DNA from: Eledone cirrhosa
Lineage: Eukaryota
DNA length: 64,000 bases
Assembly (NCBI GenBank): GCA_964016885.1
Contig: OZ024741.1
Coordinates: 102,858,001-102,922,000 of the forward strand
Direction: 5' to 3'
Shown here: positions 1 through 12,625 of the stretch, piece by piece
How positions within the stretch are numbered: position 1 is the stretch's first letter
Layout: each line of letters begins with the position of its first letter
The notes under the pieces: generated by a model
The model's input: the letters and a program-made list of their open reading frames with translations, nothing else
What the model was told of the DNA's origin: nothing
The model's database searches: none
Translations under genes and position numbers: made by a program

Positions 1-519
1 AATAGGACTTCAATAAAATGTTTTGTTTCCAAAACCTATATAAGAAATACTTTCTTACACATCAGCATGTGGTAGAAAGTAAACGTTGCTGACAATGGAT
101 ATGTATGTATGTATGTCAGGTAACTCTTGAGTGCTACTCGTAACATGTAATCCAATACAACTTGTCCCATGGTCAGATCGTCGGCAACTAAACCAGTAAC
201 CCCACCAAGATTACTTGGTGAGGAGGGTGATTTTGGACACCCTGCAGGACAAAAAACAAAACCTGACAAAGGGCGTAAGAACTCATAAGAGTCAACGGCC
301 ATCCAAAAATATACAAATATGTGTATACTGTATGGGTGTGGGTATGTGTATGATTGATTGTGTGTTTGACTGTGTACATATATATATATATTTGACAAAA
401 TATTTGTTTAAATAAGAAAAGGTTTTTAACCATTTAAAATTTTTTTTTAACTTTCAAATGGGATCGAATCCCTGGTCTACGTTTATGAAAGAGTCAGCGA
501 ATCATTGTAACTCATTTGT

Positions 520-2030
520 GGTGGCTTACAGGTGGGTAAAAAGAAAATCCACTGGGTGTGAAGGACCCCGAGCTGTTGTTACAGTATCTTTCTAAAAGAG
601 GGAAACTTTGAAATAAAACCTACGGTTGATGTGATTACTGGTCATCTGGCTTAGGCTTGTCACCAGACAATGTTCACTGAAACTTAGAGAGTGGTGCTCG
701 TGTAGTACAAGCGTTTGTCACTATAATCCAATGATGTACAGATGTCTCTTTTCTGATCTGTCATTTTTACAGCTGAAAGTCCTATGGCGATGGAGGAGTA
801 GCGACGTGTGCAGACCGGACCAGTTGGAAGCATATAGTTGCAAATCTACGCATAGGCGGCAGGGTCTTATCATAACATCGTTGTTATGTCTTCCTATTAC
901 TGGGGCTAACTCCGGTGGAGACGCCTGTGTCTGAGCAGCCCTATCAGGGAGAGCACTGCTCACCCAAATCTTGGGAAGGTGCTAGAAAAGGTGCTTTGAA
1001 AATTGTCTGTCACATCAACGTTGGGTAGTTTAGTGCGGCTATCCGCGGTTCATTCAAGCAGGAAAAGAAAAATTGAATTACAAAGTAAAACATTTATGAA
1101 GAATCGAATTAAACTTAATATTTGCTGCTGGAATGTCAGAACCCTTCTGGACCATAACTCATCAAACCGACCAGAAAGAAGAACCGCACTGGTACCAAAG
1201 GAACTTCAAAGATTAAATATAGATATGCAGCCTTGTCAGAAACACGTGTATCATGGTGTGATCACTGACTGAAGCATCATCAGGTTTCACACTTTTCTGG
1301 ACAGGGAAACCAAAAGGAGAACGGCGAGATGGTGGTGTAGGTTTTGCAGTGCGAGAAACTCTAGCACAACATTTAGAGTGCCGCTCTATAATCAGTGACC
1401 GTATAATAAAGTTGCGCATTCCACTTGCATATGGGCGATGTGCAACCATTCTGTCAGTTTATGTCCAAACTCTCCAGGCCAGTGAAGAAAGTATTGTGGA
1501 TTGGCAGTATCGGTAGAGGGTCGGACGCCATGCTTTCCAGCATAGTTACGTCCTTTACGATCTGAGTTCAAATCCCGCCGAGGTTGACTTTGCCTTTCAT
1601 CCTTACGGGGTCGATAAAATAAAGTACCAGTAATGCACTGGGTAATTGCTGGCCTTGTGCCTAAAGTAGAAACAATTATTACATTCTATGAATCCCTTCG
1701 TGCTACAACTGCATATACTCCAGTCGAAGAAAATGTGATAATTCTTGGTGATTTCAAAATGTGATCATTCTTGGTGATTTCAAATTGATAGAGACCGTGA
1801 GACATGGGATGCACTACGCCATTACGGTATCGATAAGATGAATGCCAATGGTTTCAAGCTGCTTGAGCTTTGTTCAGAACTCAACCTAGCAATTTACAAT
1901 ACATTCTTTCGCCAAAGGAAGAAGCATAAAGTTACTTGGATACATCCAAGGTCAAAAGATGGCCATATGATAGATTTCATAGGAACCCGGAGATACAACC
2001 TGAATGATGTCTCTAATGTGCGTGTTATGA
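520..2030 (+). pseudogene. Decayed RTE-clade LINE 5' fragment (APE endonuclease region), interrupted by a SINE
   Basis: ORF 1003-1272 has LNICCWNVRTLLD...RPERRTALV.KEL.RLNID. Downstream frames give GVGFAV, ILGDF, NANGFKLLELC, NTFF, TWIHPRSK..HMIDF, which are RTE/BovB-type APE motifs. Multiple frameshifts; 5' boundary approximate. Confidence 0.85.
1496..1680 (+). mobile_element. tRNA-derived SINE inserted in the RTE fragment
   Basis: A-box-like TGGCAGTATCGG and B-box GAGTTCAAATCC. The core CCGAGGTTGACTTTGCCTTTCATCC..GGGGTCGATAAAATAAAGTACCAGT recurs at ~10720-10790. Ends in ATTATT, with TATT on both sides. Confidence 0.8.
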
Positions 2031-2657
2031 ATCTAAGATTCTTCCATAAGTTCCGTCATATTGCATTTATTCGTTTAGTTCTTCCTTTCTCGAAAGAAAG
2101 GGCAATAATTATTAATGGCTTAGATCTGTAGAAGGAATAAATAAAGATAACTTATCTCATGCTTATATTTTATTGTAAACTTAAAAATCTACAAGGGTTA
2201 AAGGTGATAACGTTAACATTTATAGGGGGTTGTGAGGAGATGGTTGAAAGTGAAGCACCTTGTTTGGCTCATTCGATAACCACAATATGGTAAGAATCAA
2301 CTAGTGAAACACGAATTTTCTGATAATGTATTGTTCATAAGCAGCGATATATCATACACCTACGTTAGTAGGTGTATAATATTCTTAAGGTCCAATTTCG
2401 GTCACTCGCGACACCTTGAAAGCTTTGTCACTAATTCAATTTTTGACAGAATTGGATGCGGTGTTTTGTACTTTATAGGACCATAGATAAGCTACTTTTT
2501 GACATAAAAATATTGAAATTTGGTTCAATAGAAAAAAGTTACATAAAAATAAGTGAAGACCAAAAGAGTGTAAGGAACTACATACATAAGTAACGCTTAG
2601 TTTGTTTCTAATTTCTAATACATTAAAATAGTGATAGATTGTGCAATAGTGAATTGT

Positions 2658-2730
2658 GGTCAGGTAGCTCAGTCGATAGAGCAGCGGACCGGCAATCCGG
2701 AGGTCGTGGGTTCGATTCCCACCCTGATTA
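2658..2730 (+). tRNA. tRNA-like sequence (anticodon position GGC, Ala-like); probably a pseudogene or SINE head
   Basis: 73-nt cloverleaf: GGTCAGG/CCTGATT acceptor, GCTC/GAGC D-stem, CGGA/TCCG anticodon stem, GTGGG-TTCGATT-CCCAC T-arm, then a T7 run. Defects: D-loop GA instead of GG, C33 instead of U33, G-G mismatch. Confidence 0.6.
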
Positions 2731-2845
2731 CTTTTTTTCCTATCTGCACTTCTTCCTATTCATTATTATTTAACTTATTTGTTGATAAATATTTTTATTA
2801 ATATTAATATAATATCCTTGCATTGCCTGGAAAAAAAGTGCATTA

Positions 2846-4050
2846 CAGGGAAAAATGCGGGCGCATGTAAAGAAATATTCTTAAATTAATAAACCTAGAA
2901 AAGTAAAGGACAAGTTATTACACCTGGAAAAGTAAAGGACAAGAAAACTTCTTCTTAAAACTTCTTAAAATATTGCAGCTAAAGTCTAAACTTGAAAAAA
3001 AATATTTAGATTATAAAACTAAAAATAAATAATTATAAGTTAATTGTTAAAAAAATATCACTTTAAAGGACTGGAAAAATGACTGTCTTATAGGGAGAGT
3101 TGACTACTGTATACTTAATTTTGTTCTTGGTGTATACAAATTAATCTTTTTAAAATAAAATGTGTACAATAATTTGTACAATAATTAATTAATAATAATA
3201 ATAATTAATATGTACAATTTATTAATTTATGTTATAAGATATTTAAAAATTTTCAGTCTTAATCAAATTATATTTTTAAAAATTTAGTTATAAAATAATG
3301 CAGTAAAATAAATCAAAAACAGTTCATCATATAATTGCACTTTTTATGAGTATTACAGATTTTTTTTACAATATAGTAAAATTCAACATCTCAAGGGGCA
3401 AAATTAGGTAAAAGTCAATTCATCAATTATTCATTTACAGTGAATCAATCAATTATAGTGAATTCATCAATTCATTAGATGAACTGTTAAATTAGACAAT
3501 GTTTAATTTTTAATTGTAGTCTAATTTTACTCTACCTAAAAATGTAGATTGGTTATTTTGATCTCTGACAGGTCTTAAATTTCATTATTAAACAATTATA
3601 ATTTGTTATTATTTATCATTACAGTTGGCTCCCTAATTAATTATTAATTAATTGTTAGTGTCATTTACACGCCAAAATTTTGTTTTATTTGATGTTTATA
3701 ATTGTCACTCATTTTTTCAGTCCCATTTAGTAAAGTAAAATAAAGTATATTTATTTAATGACCCAACCACTATGGTGTAAATTAGGATCACAAAATTAAA
3801 TAAATGATCATAAATTAGTATTATTATCAATTAGAGAGTCAACTGTATTATTAGAATTTATCACTTTCTATGTATATTTAAATCAAATATTTTTTATTAT
3901 TCATATTTATACTATAGCTGCAATATTTTAAGAAGTTTTAAGAAGAAGTTTTCTTGTCCTTTACTTTTCCAGATGTAATAACTTGTCCTTTACTTTTCTA
4001 GGTTTATTAATTTAAGAATATTTCTTTACATGCGCCCGCATTTATCCCTG
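2846..4050. mobile_element. Non-autonomous DNA transposon/MITE, Tc1/mariner-like
   Basis: Near-perfect ~135 bp terminal inverted repeats (2846-2980 vs 3915-4050), TA|CAGGG...CCCTG|TA ends, AT-rich interior with no transposase ORF. Confidence 0.85.
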
Positions 4051-4106
4051 TAATATATATATATATAAGCAGCGATTCTTTGCTTAAACTTTAATCTGTT
4101 ATTTTA

Positions 4107-4175
<69 letters not shown>

Positions 4176-4204
4176 TTTTCATAAAATTGTAGTAATCTTA
4201 GTGT

Positions 4205-5260
<1,056 letters not shown>

Positions 5261-5332
5261 GCGCTGATGAGCTGGAAGAGTCTTCGATTTTCCTAGTGAA
5301 ACACAATTTTTCGTCGGATAATGTAATAATAT

Positions 5333-5415
<83 letters not shown>

Positions 5416-5801
5416 GACAGAGAGAAGACAGACAGATTGACAGACAGATAGGGAGAAATAGAGACAGCCAGAAAGAAAGTCCCCCACACAAACATTAAGA
5501 TGATTCATTTCCTTCTATTTCCCTTTGTAGGAAATTAAAACAAACATAGACTCTAAGAATATAATATCACTGGAGGATCCTTGGAAATTAAAGTTAATAT
5601 TTCTTTACTATGAGAAATATTTTAATTAAAAAAATATGTAAAGTAAACAAAACAAAAATAAATATTGTAAAAAGATGAATGGCATAAATGAAATTTTATT
5701 TTTTATTTTTTAAGAAATAATTAAATTTGATAATTATTAAAAAATTATAAAATTTAATTTATGATAAAATAAAATAATTATACAAATTTATAATTATTTT
5801 G

Positions 5802-5802
<1 letters not shown>

Positions 5803-5841
<39 letters not shown>

Positions 5842-5891
5842 TATATATATACTGTGTATATATATATATATATATATACACTATATATATA

Positions 5892-5922
<31 letters not shown>

Positions 5923-6015
5923 CATACACTATATATATGTATATATATTATATATATGTATATATATATATATACATATAAATATATATACATGTATAAA
6001 TTTATATACATATAC

Positions 6016-6089
<74 letters not shown>

Positions 6090-6110
6090 TTATATATACA
6101 TTCATATATA
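5803..6110. repeat. Long imperfect (TA)n microsatellite
   Basis: Direct inspection. Other simple repeats: (TA)n ~4111-4172, 5042-5122, 7878-7967, 9817-9886; (GA)n ~4346-4423, 5337-5411; (GT)n ~62669-62792. Confidence 0.95.
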
Positions 6111-6529
6111 ATTACGATTCTTTAAATGAGTTTCTTAATTAAGACACTTTCGGGTAATGAAAGAAATTCAAAGTCGAATTGTCTACTTTTCTGAACACAT
6201 GAGCTCATAAAATGATGAAATGTTATCAAACAAATGTTAATCATTGTGATGAAATCAATAAACAGCCATTGATGGGCCTCTGGCGTACCCCACAGTGAAA
6301 CATAGTTTCAATTTCAATTTGAAATGTACTATATAGTATTAACCCTCTAAATCTCATATTCCTTATTTCCTCTTCATCATCAGTGGGCATCATAACACTA
6401 CTGGCTTTTGTAGCATTAGTGGAGAAAAGGATTTCATGTAGTCAGGCTATGGAAGAGAACACAAGAGAAAGTAATGACGAGTTGCTTCGTGGTTATATTG
6501 TTATTTCTATTCCCAGCATCATGATGTAA

Positions 6530-6760
6530 CCTTGAACATGACACATATTTCGACATTACTCTAGTTCTCTCACCTGGAAAAAAATGGGTTGTACCTGTGA
6601 TTCAAAGGGCTAATCTTGTCATACTTTGTTTCAAGAAATCTCTCTGAGCATTACGTTTAGTGTGTCATGTTAATACTCAGCCACATGTTCGTTAATTTCA
6701 CGAGTACGCAGTGGCAGTGATTAAACAACTGGAACACTCTTTGTCGAAGCCTATGGACGT
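6530..6760 (+). mobile_element. Old interspersed SINE-like repeat (family also at ~10480-10620 and ~63510-63700, both minus)
   Basis: Motifs GTTGTACCTGT(G/A)ATTCAAAGGG, CTCAG(C/T)CAC and CGTTAATTT are shared with the reverse complement of 63510-63700; weaker match at 10480-10620. Confidence 0.6.
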
Positions 6761-6997
6761 CTGACAACAAAACTACTGTGGTTAGCTGTTGCTCTTCTCC
6801 GGGTTGGCAGGAGTTGAATTTGACCGTGTGACATAACAATTTACTTCTCAGTTTCACAGTGTCCTACTGTTTAGACTAGTAAGACCTAGTTGCGTGCACT
6901 GAGATATTCTAGTCTAATTATGCAACGGTTATACACACAGTCACACACACACACACATACAAACAAAGAAACTTATCTATTCATTTGTTTGTCTCCC

Positions 6998-7053
<56 letters not shown>

Positions 7054-7061
<8 letters not shown>

Positions 7062-7454
7062 ATACTTTGAGAGGGTAATGTTGCCAATAAGAAACACACG
7101 CACCAGTTGCTTTCACTCCAATTTATTATAAATTAAAAACTTTTTTTCAAAAAATTTATAAATTTCCGGTTGGTTGGTTGGTTTCACAACCGGACGGTTG
7201 TTCACATATTGTCAAAGTTCTTTCGTCACACATTATGTGACCTCTTCAGTGACTGGGGATTCTTTTCTTTGTGTTGTGCCTCTCCTTTGTTCTGTCTACG
7301 CCATCTTATTTTTGTGTGTGTTGTGGAACCAACCAACCAACCGGAAATTTATAAATTTTTTGAAAAATGTTTTCATTTATAATAAATTGGAATGAAAGCA
7401 ACTGGTGCGTGTGTTTCTTATTGGCAACATGACCCTCTCAAACTATAACAATAT
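7054..7454. repeat. Inverted repeat, ~135 bp arms with ~130 bp spacer (MITE-like foldback)
   Basis: 7054-7190 is the near-perfect reverse complement of 7320-7454. Confidence 0.85.
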
Positions 7455-7779
7455 CGGTTTCAACACAAGTTTTCAGATAAAGAATCTTGCTAAACAAATT
7501 CAGAAACGATATATATATAAAGGTATATATTGAGTTAGAAACTCAAAATAGTCTCTTACAATAAAATAACCCAAGGAAAGAGATTTTTCCGAGCCGTATA
7601 TTATAATTGAAAATAAAAGAGAGATAAACACAGACATATACATATATGTGTTCAAATAGTAAGTGACCAGATTCGCTAAGGTGAAAAACATACTAACTAT
7701 GGACAATAGGGTTTGCCAGACTCAATTTAAGAATAAATCAAGAAAATAAATACAAACCGGAATTGTGGTAACTACCAAA

Positions 7780-7860
7780 CACCCAGACAGCGTTTGGCGA
7801 TGCTGCTTCGCAATCCAATTGTGAAGGGAATTACCAATTCTTGTTACTCATCAGTGGGTG
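7780..7860 (-). ncRNA. Type I hammerhead ribozyme motif (one core substitution)
   Basis: Minus strand reads CACCCA-CUGAUGA-GUAA...UUGC-GAA-G-CAGC...GCUG-UC-UGGGUG. Stem I 6 bp, stem II, stem III and a GUC cleavage triplet are present; A15.1 is replaced by G. Confidence 0.7.
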
Positions 7861-7890
7861 AAAAATTAGTAAACTCCTATATATATATAT

Positions 7891-7967
<77 letters not shown>

Positions 7968-7968
<1 letters not shown>

Positions 7969-9813
7969 CGTCTTAATCTCATTCATTCTCAGCCCCACAC
8001 TCATCGACAATAGTCTCCACCTCCTGCATCAAATCCTCTGCCTCCTTTACTGTGTTTCTCACCCAAACTATGTCGTCGGCAAATTCAGCATCCGATATCT
8101 TTTTCGCCTAACTCTCCTGCTCTGAGCCGGTGTTACAGTAAAGCCAGAGTCCTTGTGTTTCTACAGCGCAAGGCGCATACAATAGTCCACTACGATGATA
8201 AAAAGGTAGGGAGCCAATGTATCTCCCTGGAGCACTCCAGCCAGTATCACAAAGAACTATGTCATCCGATCAGGTGTAATGACTTGGGCTTTGGTGTTGG
8301 TGTAGAGCAGTGATATCAGGTCCACTATCTTCTTGGGGATTCCATAAGCCTGTAAGATCTTCATCAGGCAGTGACGGGACACAGAATCAAAGGTCTTCCT
8401 AAAGTCAATGAAAACCATGACCACAGGAAGACACTTTGCTATAGCTCCCTCTAATATCCTCCTCAGCATCAGGATGTGACTGGTGGTTATCTTCCCTCTC
8501 TGAAGCCGTTCTGGTTGTCCCTGAGCTTCTTCTCCATCTCGGACTGGATCCTGTTAAGAATCATCCTGTTGAGGGCATTTGCCACAAGTGACGTCAGTGA
8601 GATCCCCCTGTAGTTGTTGATGTTAGAAAGATCTCCGTTCTTTGGCACTGGGACGATGTTACTGATCCTCCACTGATTCGGGGCAACTCCTTTCCTCAGT
8701 GCCTGGTTACAGAACTCCAGGATGATATCATCAAAATCACACCTCTTCATCACCTCTGATGTCACTCCATCTTCTCCATGAGCATTGCCCTCCTTTATCT
8801 TCTTCTTGGCTCTCTGAAGCTTCTCTCTGGTGAAGGGCCCTGTTTCAATATCCAGTTCCTCAAACAGCCGCCTGATCTCCCCAGTGTTCTGGGCTATGGA
8901 GGGCGGCTCACCTAGTAGGGTCCTAAAATGGTCCAGCTATTTCCCCTCCTATCCTCGGGCCCTGTTCCCTGAATCTGACTCGAACACCTTCTCTTCTTCC
9001 CTGTGATCTCGTTGATGATCATCCAGCTCTCCTTACATCCAGACCTGCCAACCGCTCTCTCCACACTTCTGATCTTCTCTATCACTGCCTTCTCTCTGAC
9101 CTCAGTGTAAGCGGTGCAGAGTTCTTCCCTCATCATGTCCACATTCTCCTTCCTCTCCTCCGTAGGATCAGCATAGAATTGAAAATGAGATTAAGACGAA
9201 ATATCTGGTATAGAATATTAAGAAGCCAGAGAAGATTACTAATGTAGGCGGGAAGCCGCTAGAATTGGTTGAGGACTTCCTGTATTTGGGAGCAAAGATT
9301 GGGAATACGGAAGATGATGTGGTCGAGAGTAAGAGCAAAGCCGGGGCGGCGTGCCACAGCTTGAGATCGGTGTGGAAGTCGGACCTTCCTAAAGACCTGA
9401 AGATCCGCCTCTTCGTGGCTGTAGTGGAGTCTGTGCTGCTGTACGGACACTAACCAAGAAATTCACTCAGATGGTAGATGGTGCTACACGAGAGTGCTGA
9501 GGATGGCTGTGAACATTAATCCGTATACACTGAGGATGACGAACTCAGAGCTGTACGGGAGCCTCCCAAAAGTCAGCTCAAAAGAGGAGACTGAGGTTAG
9601 CTGGACATGCTCACCGACATCCAGAGTTGACACTACACTCAGTGCTCCTGTGGGAGCCGCTGCATGAACACACTGGAAAAGGAAGACCGAAGTTAACATA
9701 TGTTGATGCCCTAAGGACAGACACTGATCTCCTGTAGACGCAGGACATGGTAGCGATAATGAGGGACAGAGACCACACGAGAGAACTCGTCCATGGATCT
9801 CGGGAATTTTACC

Positions 9814-9816
<3 letters not shown>
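7968..9816. mobile_element. Decayed LINE (RTE/RTE-X-like RT) with 5' inversion, inserted in (TA)n
   Basis: Minus 7968-~9180 encodes NYRGISLTS, NQNGFR, FIDFRKTFDS, GVLQGDTLAPYLF, EFADD. Plus 9184-9816 encodes DFLYLG, KIRLF.AVVESVLLYG, LAGH. TA repeats lie on both sides. Confidence 0.8.
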
Positions 9817-9887
<71 letters not shown>

Positions 9888-9991
9888 CGAAGGAAGTGTG
9901 GTAACGAGCCAGGTGGACCATAATGCACCAAAATACTCGATACTTAGGGTAATAGAAAAAGAGTCAGGACCCCGGCGGCTGAGCTCCGGCC

Positions 9992-10228
9992 GAGACGGTT
10001 TTATTCGTACATCTATATTTTATTCGTTATACGTATTTCGAAGATGTATGGTAGTTATATAATAATTTATTTACACGTTCTCTCCAGACAAACATACAAA
10101 CGATTTTCCATTTATATATTACCAGTCGGATGTGCTATTCACCTCGCCAACCAGTACACATATGTGTACCTGACATCTTCGAAATACAGATAATGAATGA
10201 AATAAAGATGTACGAATAAAACCGTCTC
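9992..10228. repeat. Short inverted repeat (~55 bp arms)
   Basis: GAGACGGTTTTATTCGTACATCT...TATTTCGAAGATGT (9992-10047) is the reverse complement of 10173-10228. Confidence 0.7.
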
Positions 10229-10691
10229 TCTTATTTATTATAATATAACTCTAGATGAACAAAAATCGTAGAGTGCTTCACATCTCTTAAACAATAAGTC
10301 GGCAGATTTTTAATCAACCAACTTTCTTCAATTGAATAATATATAAATATGTGTCTGGTGGGGGGGGGGGTATCTCTGTGTGTGTGGGGGGGGGGGGGAT
10401 ATGTATGCATGTGCGTGTGTATTGTCCGACCTCTGTCGCTTCCGACAATGAGTGTTCCAGTCGCTTAGCTCAATGATATAGCTTGCTAATGAAATTAAGG
10501 TAGAATTAGCTGAACATTCCACAAACATTTATACCCTTGCTTTTGTTATACGATACGTAATGACTCTGTGTGTAACAAGTCTGCTCTTTTGAATTACAGT
10601 TGCAACTCATTTTCCACAGGCACTCACGATGTGTATCACACTTTCGACCTTCTTTCCACATAATCTACAATTAACACTTATTATTATTATT

Positions 10692-10870
10692 CGCAGCTTA
10701 AAGTTACGGTCCTTTACGGTCTGAGTTCAAATCCCGCCGAGGTTAACTTTGCCTTTCATCATTACGGGCTCGATAAAATAAAGTACCAGTCACGCACTGG
10801 GGTCGATTTAATCTACTTTCCCCACTCCCAAAATTGATGGCTTTGTGCCTAAATCAGAAACCATTATTAT
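10692..10870 (+). mobile_element. tRNA-derived SINE (same family as 1496-1680), 5'-degraded
   Basis: Shared core and B-box; preceded by (TTA)n and ending in GAAACCATTATTAT. Confidence 0.75.
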
Positions 10871-11182
10871 CATTATAACTCCCAGTAATTCCACCATTAC
10901 TAACATCATTACCATCATCCACAGCATCATCATATTCTTCTTCATGATCACTACTTTCCCAACTACGATTATTCTTATTGCCAATATTTCTCGAATTCCC
11001 AACCCAAAGTCATCATCATCATCCTCAATTTCATCTTCAACATTATTTTAATATCGTCATCAGCAGCAACATTATTGCCACCAATCCCATCATTCTTACC
11101 AACATTGGCTTTATTCCCAAACCCACCATCATCGCCTTCATCTTCAATACCAAAAATATTCCTTTTGACATCATCATGACCA

Positions 11183-11239
<57 letters not shown>

Positions 11240-11405
11240 GGGAAGAAGACGCACGAGGTGACGGAGGTCATGAAATCGCTCCCGTAAGTTTTGAATTTTT
11301 AACATATTTAAATCATTTGTGAAATAACAACTCTTAGTACAAATGCTACGTAAAGCACCCGGCTTGAGCCCCAAAAAAATTCGGACCCAAAATATATTGT
11401 TATAA

Positions 11406-12054
11406 GGCTCAAATATTCAAATATTCAACTTTGTATTGTACACTGTATATCAAAAAAAAAAAAAATGGCTATAAATGGAAGAAGAAGAACCCCCCCCCCC
11501 TCCTCTCCTCTGGCTACACTATATAGGACAGCTAAACTCACCAACACCAGAAACTAGATACACCACCCACCCCATCATCCCTGTACACTAAACACAACAG
11601 CATTTTCACCTTCACCGCCACCGCTCACTACGGCCATCATTACCACCACTATCCCATCACCGCCGCCACCACCCCTTGACTCCTTCACTGCTGCTGCCAC
11701 CGCTACAGCACCATCACTACAGTAATACGGCTCAAATATTCAAATATTCAACTTTGTATTGTACACTGTATATCCAAAAAAAAAAATAAAATGGCTATAA
11801 ATGGAAGAAGAAGAACCCCCCCCCCCTCCTCTCCTCTGGCTACACTATATAGGACAGCGAAACTCACCAACACCAGAAACTAGATACACCACCCACCCCA
11901 TCATCTGTGTACACTAAACACAACAGCATTTTCACCTTCACCGCCACCGCTCACTACGGCCATCATTACCACCACTATCCCATCACCGCCGCCACCACCC
12001 CCTGACTCCTTCACTGCTGCTGCCACCGCTACAGCACCATCACTACAGTAATAC
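11406..12054 (+). repeat. Tandem duplication (~325 bp x2) in the A1 leader
   Basis: 11406-11728 is nearly identical to 11729-12054. Confidence 0.95.
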
Positions 12055-12625
12055 GGTCGCATCACCGCCACCACTGCCTCGGTATCGACATCACCACCAC
12101 CACTGTCTCAGTATCGCCAACGCCGCCAGTCTCTGCTGGCTACCACTTCCACATTATAGAATTCCTACTACTAACAAAGAGGAAGGCATCAAAATATATA
12201 GATAGACTCAAAAGAAAAAAGAAAAAACAAACAACAAAAGCAGCACAGCAACAACAGTAAAAAACGAGAAAAACAGAGAAAAACAAAAACAAAAAAAGAA
12301 ACCCCAAAAACGTAAAGAAAATAAGAATGAAGAGAGAAGCAGGCGGACGGACAGAGAAGAGGGGGGAAAAAGTAAAACTTAAAAAACAAAAACTAAGTCA
12401 GACATTCGAATACTACATTACAATGAAACTTATGCTTATTCATTTTTGGGGCCCTTTCTGCCCGTGTGTTTGTTTGTTTATGTGTGTCCGTATACAGCGT
12501 GGTGATAATGCCACACAAGGGCCAAGTGGGATGGCGGATCCACAGATGGCTATGTAAACATACATTCGCCAATCCTCGATAAGAGTGTTTAAATATCGAA
12601 CATAAACAGTTCGAATAACGGTGAA

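Noticed and set aside
110-300. Hairpins CACCAAG/CTTGGTG and AGGGTG/CACCCT as a possible ribozyme or LINE UTR
   Set aside because: No complete fold, and no second copy in the window to support it.
780-920. HDV-like ribozyme in the RTE 5' region (GGCTAACTCC)
   Set aside because: Too degenerate to assign helices.
10808-11374. Ile/Met/Tyr-rich ORFs left of the array
   Set aside because: Degenerate trinucleotide low-complexity DNA plus the AAT tract; no coding evidence.
12498-12625. Canonical HDV-like ribozyme in the Dong A leader (TCCTCG at ~12573)
   Set aside because: No compatible P3, P1.1 or J4/2 could be built. Kept only as an unclassified structure.
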